Positions 1 to 11,975 of a DNA stretch of 33,730 nt are shown here, piece by piece (position 1 is the first letter of the stretch; each line of letters starts with the position of its first letter). The notes below the pieces were generated by a model. It saw nothing but the letters and a program-made list of their open reading frames with translations. It did not search any database and was not told the DNA's origin. The stretch covers positions 1 to 33,730 of the forward strand of contig JAXLNO010000054.1 of NCBI GenBank assembly GCA_038087875.1, in the 5' to 3' direction. The stretch is from Malacoraja senta (taxonomy: Eukaryota). A program made the translations under genes and the position numbers.

Positions 1-334
1 AAAAAAATACGCTGTTTTTCGGTTACGGGCCGTGTACCCGTAGTCCGAACCCTGTCCTAGATGTTTGCCCTAATTGTGGTCCCCCCCCCCCCATGTTTTA
101 CAACTGATTCACCTGGTTAATTCCATCTCCGGCTGCTTCATGTTGTCGGCAGCTGCACATTCGACCAAAAGAGAAGAGACGCGACCACTCACAGCTGGCA
201 ACCGACGCGCTTCCCCGGACAGATCGCGCTGGCACGCGGCGCAAAGGGACAAACTGCGCAGGGACTGAACTCGGCGTGAGAATTGGCTCCAAGGCGTGAT
301 TCTCACGCTGAAAGCGTGAGAGTTGGCAGCCCTG
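1..334. mobile_element. End of a GC-rich DNA transposon/MITE, probably hAT-type; truncated by the window start
   Basis: Ends in GTTGGCAGCCCTG (reverse complement CAGGGCTGCCAAC, a hAT-Tip100-like terminus). Subterminal GCGTGAGA/TCTCACGC repeats at 274-321. CpG-rich sequence drops abruptly to AT-rich after 334. Confidence 0.5.
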
Positions 335-1087
335 CAATCTAGTTGTGGCCGATTTATCTGTCCATTATAGCACTGATGGGAGAATCACCACATGGTCTTT
401 CAGGAAACAAAGTCCTGAATCTATATTGGATGTCTGATTCATTATATTGCAGAGCAGTACCATTATGCAATGGTATAATGGACTCAGAATAGAGAATGCA
501 ACATAAAACTGGGAATTTATGAGGTGTTGAGGGTCATTAGCAGCAAAATTGGATTCAACTGTAACCTCGAGGCCTAGCGTATTCCTCATTGTAATATTGA
601 AATCATGCCAGGAATCAACTGTTCTAATGAGGTGGATTGCAGGATATGCGACGAGCAACACTAGTGAAGATGCACCGTGACACTTAATGTTTGTTAAACT
701 GAATGTCCAAACAGAGCTCCTTGTTTTTATTGCTATGGGTTTTGCTGTGAGTAGGCAGCAGTTATGTATATCTGCCTAGTCTTCAGGAAATATGACACTG
801 CATTCTCGCTCACACTGTTGCTATAACTGCATGGGATTGTCTTTATTAATGGTGTGTTTGGATTTATTGTAAGATTTGGGTATTAATCATCCAGTGAAAC
901 AAGTCTATACATCCTTTTCTCATTTAAATAATTTTATCTTGTACATGAGTCACTCTTCTACAATATTCTGAACAATTCCTTTAAAATCTTTTTAAAAATA
1001 ATGCATTTTCAGTTTTGTTAGAAATGCAAGTCATGATGAATGCATGATTGCTCCATGTAGTTGATAGACCAATAATCTATCTTTCAG

Positions 1088-1169
1088 AATCTGGAAAAGG
1101 TGATTGCTCAACAGGAGTTGATTGTCCAAGCTCAACGAACAGCTACAAGAGCCATGGCTACATTTAGAA
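1088..1169 (+). CDS. TUBGCP6: TUBGCP6 internal exon (about human exon 11): NLEKVIAQQELIVQAQRTATRAMATFR
   Basis: ctttcag acceptor and gtatgt donor; 82 nt, ends phase 1 and joins the next exon in frame; resembles human ELRMEIAKQELIAHAREAASRVLSAL. Confidence 0.85.
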
Positions 1170-1309
1170 GTATGTCTAAATCACTGTTATTTGCAATTTG
1201 AAGCAGTATTTATTTTATAGAATATTTTATGCTATTTAAGAATCTAGTTACTGTTTTTAAAGTAGATTTTTTTTGTAATTGATGTAGAGTATGTGAATTG
1301 CAACTGTGT

Positions 1310-1602
1310 CTCCTGATGGGATGCATTGTGACCTGCTAAAGGAATCGTGGAAGGATTTGCTATCATCTTCCAATCTTCCTTGTCTGCTGGAAAATAGTAC
1401 ATGTATCATTCTTGTTCTGAACGAAAAACAAAAAGGGTGTGAGGAAGTCTCTAGCAGTACAGGCTAACCAGTGGTGGGAAAGTTCTTAGAAGCTTGAACT
1501 GTGAATAACCAAAATATATATTTTAAATGAAATAGTGTTTGACTAACCTGATTGGATTATTTGATGAAGGAACAGAAGATCACTTAAAGAAATGCAGTAG
1601 CT
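1310..1602 (+). mobile_element. Old degraded CR1 LINE, 5' part (interrupted by the L1)
   Basis: Decayed CR1 ORF2 motifs (PDGMH, AIIFQSSL, VVGKFLE, LTNLIGLFDE), collinear with the better-preserved CR1 at 15000-15365. Confidence 0.65.
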
Positions 1603-1670
1603 CATCACGTCTGCTAGGACAAGGCTTTTATTCCACAGATATCGGCAGAGGGGAAGCTGATAAAGATGAC

Positions 1671-2592
1671 TTTTTAAAAAGACTAAGATGGCGGAGCTTC
1701 TCCATGTGCTGGTGTCTAGACATTTTATGAGTGGGCGGCGCGACTTTCGTCTGCAGCGGCCTCTGCAGTCCGTCTGTCTTTTTTATTATTTTTGTCTCGT
1801 TTTTATGTAGTTTTTTATTTATTTTTTTGTCGGGGTATGTGTGTGGGGGGGGGTGGGGGGGGGAAACTTTGAAATCTTTCCGCTGCACGGGAGACCCGAC
1901 CTTTTCTTTGTCGGGTCTCCGTTGTCGTTGGGGCTGGGCAACGTGGAGCGGCCTCCAGCAGGAACGACCTGGGGCTCCCGTGGAGCTGCGGACTACTCAC
2001 CGTCACGGGGCTGGCCGAGTCCGGAGCGGGTGGAGCTGTGGTGGAGCGCTGCTGCTACCCGACCGCCGGAGATTCGGAGACTACAACCGCGGGTCTGGCG
2101 GACGGCAACACCGGAAGCCCGCGGGTCCCTGGTGGGAGACCGCTTTTCGGGGCTTCCGCAGCGGCGACTTTTCCCGCCCGAGTTGCGGGGTTGAAGCGCA
2201 CCTGGAGCGGGGCTTTATCCCCCCGCGCGGCTTGGAATGGCCACCGGACTTTGCGGGCGCGCGCCGGGGCTCTAACACCAAGACCCGGTGCACGACCTTG
2301 CATCACCCGGCGTGGCTTTAATGGCTGCGGGATAATCACCATCGCCCGCCGGGGGCTTTGACTTTGACTCTGACATCGGGGGGGGGGGGGAGTGCAGTGG
2401 AGAGATACGTTTTTTTGCCTTCCATCACAGCGCTGTGATGGATGTATGTGTAAATTGTGTTGTGTCTCGGGTCTTCTTCGTTTTGTATTGTATGGCTGCA
2501 GAAACGACATTTCGTTTGGACCTCAAGGGGTCCAAATGACAAATTTGTCCAAAAGACAAAAGACAAAAGACAAATAAAATTGAATTGAATTA
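1671..2592 (+). mobile_element. Unclassified GC/CpG-rich element, likely a non-autonomous retroelement, within the L1 5' region
   Basis: Sharp GC-rich island starting near AAGATGGCGG; ends in (GACAAAA)n, AATAAA and (TTGAA)2, a simple-repeat retro-type tail; none of its ORFs resembles a known protein. Confidence 0.5.
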
Positions 2593-3468
2593 TCTTTCAA
2601 GGACATTCTTTGTTCCAATTCGAGTGAAAGATGGAATAACAAGGGCATGGCTGAATGGAGAACGTAATACAAGTGGACTTGAAAATAAACTTTTTGACAT
2701 AAAGTCTTTCAAAATTTTTAACCCTATATTAATCCTATACTAACACAGAAACTACTGAATTAACATAATAATAGTAATTGAATTTAATGCGAACTGTTAA
2801 AAGGGTAAAATGTAATAATGCATTATATTGACTGTCCCCCCCAGGGAGGGGAAGGGGGGGGCTAAATATAAGGAAATAGATTAATAACAGACTAAAAAAA
2901 ACGAATTTAGATAATAAACTAGGCTTCAGTTCCAGTTATGCTTGGGAGGAGGTGAGGAGATTCAGAACCTTGGCAAACAGCCATGAGTCTGACTCTGGTT
3001 AACCCCTTCCAACCAGCAGTTGATTATTACTGAAGGGGAAGCAGATGTAAAAACTGTTAACATAGGTAAATGGTAGATAAGTTGAAGACTTAATTAGATA
3101 TATATATATATATTGTAATTGTGATATATATATAACTTGGCTTTGAATTGGCCCCAACTCCCTTTTGCAAGATTATTCAAGGGAGCGGAGCTAAATGTAG
3201 ATTAACAACAACGGAAGTCAACAAATGTGTAACTACCACCATTAGGTGGATAATTTGTTAGAGTGTCGTTATTATTAGACACTGTAATATCACATTAAAA
3301 AAAAAAAAATTTGTGTCACTATATTTCAAATTTTTTTGTTTATTTGTTCAAGGACAATTCTAAAAGGGATGTACCAACATAATTTAATAGTGCAAATGCT
3401 CCCCCAACATCCAGAGACCTGAGGTATTGGTTGCACCATATGACTCGAAGGTATTAAAATAATTTAAA

Positions 3469-6400
3469 ATGCAAGACGATAAACAAAAGAAACTTGGAGG
3501 AATCACATTTTGCAGTTGGAACATAAGGGGTGCTAACGAACCTATTAAAAGGTGTAAGATTTTCGCACAACTGAATGCGCTCAATTCGGACATAATCTTT
3601 TTACAAGAAACACATGTGAAATTGCAAGCTCAGACTAGATTGAAGGCAAATTGGATAGGCCAAACATATCAATCTTCATATATCTCTAAATCTAGAGGCA
3701 CGGCAATTATTATTCGCAAAGGTATACCATTTAAATCAAAGAATATCATAATAGATAAGGAAGGGAGATATCTCATAGTTTCCGGAGAGATTCATGCTAC
3801 TCCAATCACCTTGGTAAATATTTATGCGCCTAATTTTGATAATCCCCAATTTTTTAATAAAATCCTGAATATAATTTCAGAGTTTAATTATCAAAACATG
3901 ATAATTGGGGGAGACTTTAACTGCGTTTTAGATCCGTACCTGGATAAATCTTCACAACAAAACAGGGGTAACACAAAATCTAAAACTAGGGAACTCCTAA
4001 ATACATACATAAAAAATACAAATACAACAGATGTTTGGAGGATCGCTAACCCTGCTGGAAGGGAATACTTGTTTTATTCAACGGTACACAAAACTTACTC
4101 GCGTATGGACTATTTTCTAGTGTACACAAAATTAATTCCCTATACAATGAACCCAAAATATCACAACAGCATTATTTCTGATCACTCCCCGTTAACTTTT
4201 TTTTTTAACTCGAAGGAATGCATAATAATAAATCGTTTTGGAGGTTCAATCCTCAAATTCTAAATGATCCAAAGTGGTATATATTTAAAACAACAGATGG
4301 CACTTATTTCCGAGACTAATGACACCCCAGATGTTTCACCAAGTTTACTATGGGAATCTTTTAAAGCATTTATCAGAGGATCTATAACCTCATATCAAGC
4401 TTTTCTAAATAAAAAGAATAAGAATGAACAAAGGCAGTTAGAAGAACGAATTAGACAACTGGATCTAGATAACGCTAAAGAGCCAACTATAGATAAACAT
4501 AATAAAATACCAATAGTGAAAATAAAATAAAATATCAGCAAAAGTTATAAGATTATTTCAAATTACAAAACAGGAAAATTTGGAATTTGGTGATAAACCG
4601 CATCAACTTTTGGCACGTCAATTAAAATAAATGGGAAAAAGATCATACGATTTTAAAGATTAAATCAGATAAAGGTGAATTGTTAACACTACCTAATGAT
4701 ATTAATAAAAGATTTGCTCAATTTTATCAAATTTATATACATCTAAAACGTTAGCAGATAGTACTAAAGTTATAGAGTTCTTGGATAACTCTATAACTCC
4801 CTAAACTTAATTTGATTGAACAAGAGGAATTAGGAGCACAAATCTCAATTAAGGAAATAGAAGAAACAATAAACTCACTAAAAAATGGAAAAACACCAGG
4901 ACCAGATGGATTTAGTAATGAATTTTATAAAAGATTTTATGAGATAATTATACCACGTTTACATAAAATGTATACATATGCTTTCAAAGAACAAACACTT
5001 CCAGAAACATTAGCGGAATCAACGATTACACTTATACCTAAAAAAGATAAAGATTTAGAAGACCCGGGTTCATACAGAGCTATTGCGCTGTTAAATACAG
5101 ATAAATAAATACTAGCGAAAACATTAGCTAGATTAAGTAAATATGTTAGTAAATTAATAAATGCGATCAAACGGGGTTTATACCCAAGAGATACTCATGC
5201 AATAATCTGAGACGTCTGTTTAATATAATGCATTCATATAAAACCGAAGAACAAGACTTATCAATTATTTCATTGGATGCAGAAAAAGCATTCGATCAAG
5301 TGGAATGGGACTACCTTGTTAAAGTATTGCAAACATTTCAAATGGGAGAGAATTTTATCTCATGGGTAAAACTATTATATGATAGGCCGACTGCTAGAAT
5401 ATTAACTAATAACATGTCCCTGAAATTTCAATTATCAAGGGGCAATAGACAGGGATGTTCACTATCACCTCTGCTATTTGCTCTTGTAATAGAACCTTTA
5501 GCTGAAAGCATTAGAACGCATCCGAATATCCATGGTTATAATACAAAATACTAAAATATTAAAATATCATTATACGCAGATGATGTGCTACTATACATCA
5601 CAAAATCACAAATCAGTATACCAAATATATTAAATCTAATAGAGGAATTTAGATCCTTTTCAGGATATAGAATAAATTGGAATAAAATGGAAATTATGAC
5701 GATAAAACCTCAAGACTTAACACACCTGTTAAAATTCCCTTTTAAAATTGCTTCAGAAAAATCTAAATATTTGGGAATTGAAATTACTAGAAAATATAAA
5801 TCTTTATTTAATGCAAACTATATGCCCCTACTTAATAAATTAAACGCCTTGATTAAATTTTGGAAAACTCTTCCGATGTCTTTAATAGGCCGAATAAATG
5901 CTATAAAAATTATCTTTCTGCCACAAATTTTATATCTATTCCAATCAATACCAATATACTTACCAAAAAAGTTTTTTTTAAATTTGGATGCCGATATCAC
6001 AAATTTTATATGGGACTATAAATCCCATAGAATTCAAAGAAGACATTTGTGCAAACCTAAAGAATTTGGTGGATTAACACTCCCTAATTTTTTGTATTAT
6101 TATTGGGCAGCAAATGTCAAAAATGTGATTCACCTGTTGGACAACTCTGTCCAGCAAGTGGATTGGGTAGTAATGGAGAGAGAGGATTGTTCCCCTTTTA
6201 ATATAGGAGCGATCCATCTCTCACCAACAAAATTGAATAATACAATATATAGTAAAAATCCAATTATTCATAGTACAATTAGAATTTGGAAACAAATAAA
6301 ATTAACTTTAAAATTAAGAAACCTATCGCTTCTCTCACCAATAGTTAATAATCTGTCGTTTAAACCATCTATTATAGATAAATCATTTACATACTGGGAT

Positions 6401-7234
6401 AGAATAGGAATTAAAACGTTTGGAGACATGTATGATAATGCAATTTTTTTTATCATTTCACCAACTACAACTTAAATACAATCTGAGAAGTAATCAATAT
6501 TTTAAATATTTTCAAATCCGTGACTATTTGAAAAAATATACACAAGAATATCAAAATTTGTCTCCAGACCTATTAGACGATGCAATGAATATAAAGGCGG
6601 AATCAACTAATTTAATATCATACTTGTATAATATCATCCTAAATATAGAAATACCATTCGATAGAATTAGAAGAGATTGGGAACAAGAACTAGCTATAAA
6701 AATCTCGAAAGAGAGTTGGGATAAACACTTGCTATATGTGCACAAATGAAATGCTCGATTAATGTAAGACACATTCTAATCCAATTTAAAACTTTACATA
6801 GACTATATTACTCAAAAACTAAAATAAGTAAATTTTATCCAAATGTCTCTTCCATCTGTGATAAATGTCTATCCCAAGAAGCAACTACAGCACATTCTTT
6901 TGTTTTTTGTATAAAAATCCAAAAATTTTGGAATGAAATCTTTGACATTTTTACGAAATTATTTAAAATAAAACTGAAACTGAACGCAGGACTGATTATT
7001 TGCGGAACAATGGAAGCCAGCTTTGAGCTGACTTCGTTCCAAAAGAGCTTCCTTAATTACGGATTAATAATGGCAAAAAAACTTATATTTAAATTCTGGA
7101 AAAACGCTCCCACACCAACGATAAAAATGTGGATTTCAAATATGTCCGAACTGTTACACCTGAAAGACATGAGATTCCTCTTAGCAGGCAAATCAGACCA
7201 TTTCCAAAAGATTTGGTCTCCATTTATCGACTAA
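3469..7234 (+). pseudogene. L1 ORF2 (APE endonuclease + reverse transcriptase + C-terminal Cys-rich motif), disrupted by frameshifts and stops
   Basis: EN motifs SWNIRG, FLQETH, NIYAPN, GGDFN, SDHSP; RT motifs PGPDGF, SLDAEKAFD, RQGCSLSPLLF, and YADD near 5573-5584; CDKC..H....C near 6860. Split over at least 7 ORF pieces. Confidence 0.92.
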
Positions 7235-7605
7235 TTACAAGCATAGGGTGCAACATAATTTTGAAAATAATTGGTTTCAGGACCTGGTGAGGGGTGTGTA
7301 ATGATACGAAGTAGGTACATCCCTTTTATCTTATCTCATTTTACTTTCTTCTGTTCTTTTTTTTTAAATTTCTTTATCTTTGGTTTTCTTTTTAACTCTT
7401 GTGGTTTACGTTCCTATGGGTTTCTCTGGACCACTCTTTCACTCACTCACTACCTTTGCTAACTCTTTCTATTTTTCTTCTTTTTAAAGTTTAAAATAAG
7501 AAGTGGTACAAGAAATGTATTATGTTATTTTTGGTTGATATCACTGCAATGTACAATACTTCTAATAAATAAAAATAAAATAAAAAAAAAAGAAATGCAG
7601 TAGCT

Positions 7606-8812
7606 GTTGACTATATGGATTTTCAAAAAAATGTTTGACAAAGTACCGTTTAAAATTATGGTTAGCAAAATTGAAGTATGTGGTATAAGAAGGTTGGATG
7701 TAATAAGATAAGCTAATTTAAAGACAGAAAATAGACAATCACGGTAAGTGGTTGTTTTGCAGATTAAATGTGATGTTTGTCAAAGGAATGCAGGAATCTT
7801 TCTTTTTATGTGTATATTACTAATTAGCCAATAGGGTAGGACATAATGTGATGTGGTAAACATTGAGGAGGATAATAGAAGAGGGTCAGAGGATGTGAGC
7901 TGGAAGCTTGAAAATGACAGGTGAAATTTATTGTTATACCAGCACGGTAGATTGGGAGATCAGGACTATATTCTTAGTCTATGAGAGGTCTGATCAATAG
8001 TTCTAATAACAGCATGGCAGAAGGTTATCTTGAATCCGGTGGTACATGCTTGAGGAAGATACTGCTGTAGAACAATATTGATCAGTTGGTGAGTGGTTGG
8101 CAGATAGAATTTAATTGTGAAAAATATGAGGTGATGTACTTTGGGAGGATTGATAGGATTAGGGTCATTGATACAACCCGAGGAACTACAGACATACAGA
8201 ATTTGGATGTTCTTGACCAATAATTCCTGAAGGTAGCAGTACTAGTGAATAAGATGCTTAAGAGGGTCTAAAGGATACTTGCCTTTGTTGGGGCATGGAA
8301 TATAAGAGAAGAGAGCTTATGGTTCAACTACATAAAACAATAGTGCTGCAACACTGTGCAGTCTCTTTGGGGCACAGAGGTGATTTAATTCACCAGGATA
8401 CTGCCTGCGATGAAGAGCTTCAGTTATTAGGAGAGGCTGGATAGATTGGATTTATTTTCTTTGGAGGAGAGAGGGTTAAGTGATAACCTAATTGAGATAT
8501 GCAAAATTTTGAGGGGAAGATGATGAGAGACATTTTCCCCTTAGCGGAGGTACATCTCACCAGAACACAAGAGTAGGACATTTAAAGAGGATTTGAGAAA
8601 TAATTATTTTCATCCAGAGGATGGTTGAAATCTAGAGGGTGATAGAGACAGGTACTTTCACAACATTTACGTAGAATTAAGATAAGTACCAGGAATACTT
8701 TAGCAAGGTTATGGGATGAGTGTTGGGAAATAGGATAATTATAGATGCATGCTTGATGGTTGGCATGACAGGTTTGGCTGAAGGGGCTATTCCCATGCTA
8801 TATAAATATGAC
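7606..8812 (+). mobile_element. Old degraded CR1 LINE, 3' part
   Basis: Resumes directly after the TSD with VDYMDFQK..FDKVP (CR1 VYLDFQKAFDKVP); later decayed 'EFNCEKYEVMYFG' and a CR1-like 3' end (ggctgaagggg...). Confidence 0.65.
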
Positions 8813-9201
8813 TAGTTCACGGTTGTGATAACGGAGTAAAGAAAAACCTAATAGCACAAAACGCAACTCAGCAAGTCAAGCAACATCTCTGGGGCAAAGT
8901 AAATGTTTGCGTTTGTTAAATCACGATCAGATTATTTTCTCTTTCAGCAGATGCTGCCTTGGCTGTTGAACATTTCCAACGTCTTCTATCGTTTTTTATT
9001 TCAGAATACCTGTGCCTGCAGTTTTTTTAATGATAGTGAACAGATAATTGATTTAACTCTGAAATTGATATGATGGTTTTATTGTCGTGCAGAGTCCTTA
9101 ATTGCACCGCTGAGCTACTAGTATTCTGTTCACCGTGGGTTTTTGATCAAATAATTTAAATGGCACATTATCTTCTACCTTTCTTATGCTGTAATTTTCA
9201 G

Positions 9202-9290
9202 GTAATCAGTCAGCTGAAAGGAAGGCGTTTGAAGTAAGGAAACGGGAGCGATTTCTGGAGCTAAAGAAACAATTTGAAAAAGACATAGAG
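9202..9290 (+). CDS. TUBGCP6: TUBGCP6 exon: (S)NQSAERKAFEVRKRERFLELKKQFEKDIE
   Basis: ttttcag/gtgggt boundaries, 89 nt, phase-consistent; resembles human RQMSERMALDARKREQFQRLKEQFVKDQE. Confidence 0.9.
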
Positions 9291-9424
9291 GTGGGTCTCT
9301 TATATGAATGTCTTTTCTAAACAGAAATCTGAGCTAATTGGTATAATTTCCCTTGCCATTGACATTGTCAACACATTTTTGTCTTTGAAGAGCACATCCC
9401 ATAGAGATTTACCTTTTTACTAAA

Positions 9425-10075
9425 TAGACAATAGGTGCAGGAGTAGACCATTCGGCCCTTCGAGCCAGCACCTCCATTCAATGTGATCATGGCTGATCAT
9501 CCCCAATCAGTACCCCGTTCCTGCCTTCTCCCCATATCCCATGACTCCGCTATTTTTAAGTCCTATCTAGCTCTTTCTTGAAAGCATCCAGAGAACCCGC
9601 CTCCACCGCCCTCTGAGGCAGAGAATTCCACAGACTCACCACTCTCCGTGAGAAAAAGTTTCCTCGTCTCCGTTCTAAATGGCTTACTCCTTATTCTTAA
9701 ACTGTGGCCCCTGGTTCTGGACCCCCAACATCGGGAACATGTTTCCTGCCTCTAGCGTGTCCAAACCCTTAACAATCTTATATGTTTCAATGAGATTCCC
9801 TCTCATCCTTCTAAACTCCAGAGTGTACAAGCCCAGCTGCTCCATTCTCTCAGCATATAACAGTCCTGCCATCCTGGGAATTAACCTTGTAAACTTACGC
9901 TGCAATCCCTCAATAGCAAGAATGTCCTTCCTCAAATTAGGGGACCAAAACTGTACACAATACTCCAGGTGTGGTCTCGCTAGGGCTCTGTACAACTGCA
10001 GAAGGACCTCTTTGCTCCTATAATCGATTCCTCTTGTTATAAAGGCCAACATGCCATTCGCTTTCTTCACTGCCT
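9425..10075 (-). mobile_element. 5'-truncated CR1 LINE 3' end
   Basis: ORF 9684-10070 (-) KKANGMLAFITRG..LARPHLEYCVQFWSP is highly similar to the CR1 at 15920-16490; matching 3' UTR. Confidence 0.9.
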
Positions 10076-10367
10076 AATGAAATATTGTTGCCATGAATAG
10101 GGATTGATTTGAAGATTACCATAAAAACACAATTTCAAGTGTGCATTGACTATTGGTCAAATTACAAATTGAAAAACTGAGCAAGATCCTGCTGTCTATG
10201 ATGTACCTTGTGTTATTTAAAGGCAACTTGGCGAATGGCTAAATATTGAATTGGTTAAATATTAGGCATTAACAAATGTTTTTATAAAACTGAGGAGCAC
10301 ATTCTTCTGAACGCATGATTGTATATATATTGTAACGAATTAAATATTTCATTCTTCTTATACTTAG

Positions 10368-10483
10368 CGACGAAATGCAATCAAACAACAAGAAACTGAA
10401 AAAGATTTAACGGACGTTCAAACACTTAGAGAGCTTGAAGAAAGGCATAAAACACAAGAGGAAGAATTGGAGAAAAGGGCAAG
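10368..10483 (+). CDS. TUBGCP6: TUBGCP6 exon: RRNAIKQQETEKDLTDVQTLRELEERHKTQEEELEKRA(R)
   Basis: acttag/gtagca, 116 nt, in frame; coiled-coil segment like human RRQAARQEEL..EEELERKAR. Confidence 0.9.
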
Positions 10484-11355
10484 GTAGCAAAATGTGTTCA
10501 GCATAAAGAAAGAAAGAAAGGGATTTTTTTTTGTGTTGTACTGTACAATTCTCAGCCTGCATTTTTTCACTAGAATGAACCCTTCAGAAAATGTTATTGT
10601 ACTCTGTAAAAGTACCAATACTGCTTTTTATTTAATTTATAGTTCTCTTCATTTATTTTACTGGTTTAGCTTATTTCTACTGCTATCTCTGAAATGTCTG
10701 CTGGCCCCCTTAATAATTTCCTTCTGATTAATACCAATTCATTAATTATTCATCACATTCCCTTTTTGCTTGCTTGGACAAGCAGCTTGTGAATGTAATC
10801 ACTTAGAATATTGTCCATTTTGTAAGCTGAAAGGACAATGTTAAGTTCACTCGGGTGTGCATAACCTTTGCAACAGTCTTAAAGCATTTGTCAAACATGT
10901 TAGCTGTACCAGCATTTTCTTGAATACCCCTGACATGGAGTATGGACCAGATGACAATGGTTAATGCTGACAGAACTATCAACATTTAGCTATTTAAGTA
11001 GCACGAAATCCCGGCTATCGCACATGCATTTTTAAACACAAAGTCTAGACTTGCTAACAGATTGTGTGTCAAATTCGAAATTGCTTCTTGAACCCTGAGC
11101 CAGGGTAGATCTGGTACAGAATATGATACCCCATTTATTTTATTAGGAATTTTAGGATCTTAAATTAGAAGTCAAAAGAGAAAGCAAGTTACTAAATTAT
11201 TTTGCTTGATTCTCTTTGTGTATTGTATTAACTGATCTGATTAGATAACATGCATAACAAAGCTTTTCACTGTACATCAGTACAACGTGACAATTTTGCT
11301 TCAGTTCCATTATTGTCTCCATAAGAGAAAACTAATTTATTCAACTCTTTTTCAG

Positions 11356-11494
11356 ACAAGAATTGATTGAGCATTATAGCAACTTATCGGGGGAAGCAGC
11401 AAAGCGAGAGCAGAAAGCCTTGTGGAAAATTCAAAGGCACAAGTTAGAATCTGCGCGCATTGACTTTCTTCTTAATGATAAAAAAAAACTTCAG
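11356..11494 (+). CDS. TUBGCP6: TUBGCP6 exon: QELIEHYSNLSGEAAKREQKALWKIQRHKLESARIDFLLNDKKKLQ
   Basis: ttttcag/gtagtt, 139 nt; strong similarity to human HYSKLSAEAARREQKALWRIQRHRLESAR. Confidence 0.95.
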
Positions 11495-11604
11495 GTAGTT
11501 GGGCAAGTACTTGTTTTATATTTCAACTGGATGACTTGTAAAATGTGTTTATTTAAAAATTCTATTGCTTGCTTGACCTTAGATTAACTTTTTTAATATC
11601 TCAG

Positions 11605-11727
11605 GCATTGCTGGATAAGTTGCCACTGGGAGAGCAAAGAGAAAAATCGGATGTTGTTCCTGGATTGGACCTGCAGCATCATGAACCATTGACTAAAGGT
11701 TTTGATTCTCAACAGTTGAGCATTGAG
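11605..11727 (+). CDS. TUBGCP6: TUBGCP6 exon: ALLDKLPLGEQREKSDVVPGLDLQHHEPLTKGFDSQQLSIE
   Basis: tctcag acceptor, open frame, phase 0-0, 123 nt; donor GAG|gtgcag is weak and the protein is poorly conserved here. Confidence 0.7.
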
Positions 11728-11975
11728 GTGCAGTACTACAGCTGCTTTTCATCTGCAAATATTTATTTTTCTTCTCTTCCTTCCACTCCAAATTTTGATA
11801 ACTGTTGATATCTGACAAACTATGGGATAAAAAAGATTTGTCTCATAATTTTAACAGATAGACCTATAATTTGAAAAGTGGCATTAACTACTTTTATGCT
11901 TCACTTTTTCTAAAGTTCGTGATTAAATGAAATATTGGACCCATTTAAATATTGTTACACAATTCTCTGTTTCAG

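Larger units (their letters stand above)
1603..7588 (+). mobile_element. L1-clade LINE insertion with poly(A) tail and 17-bp target-site duplication
   Basis: AAAGAAATGCAGTAGCT at 1586-1602 and 7589-7605; TT|AAAG 5' target; AATAAA at 7564 followed by an A-rich tail; decayed ORF2 inside. Confidence 0.85.

Noticed and set aside
1731..2510. Overlapping 100-196 aa ORFs on both strands
   Set aside because: By-product of a GC-rich repeat with few stop codons; low-complexity translations and no recognisable motifs.
1603..3468. L1 ORF1
   Set aside because: Only a faint LFHRYRQ resemblance near 1625-1650; no sustained frame, so not called.
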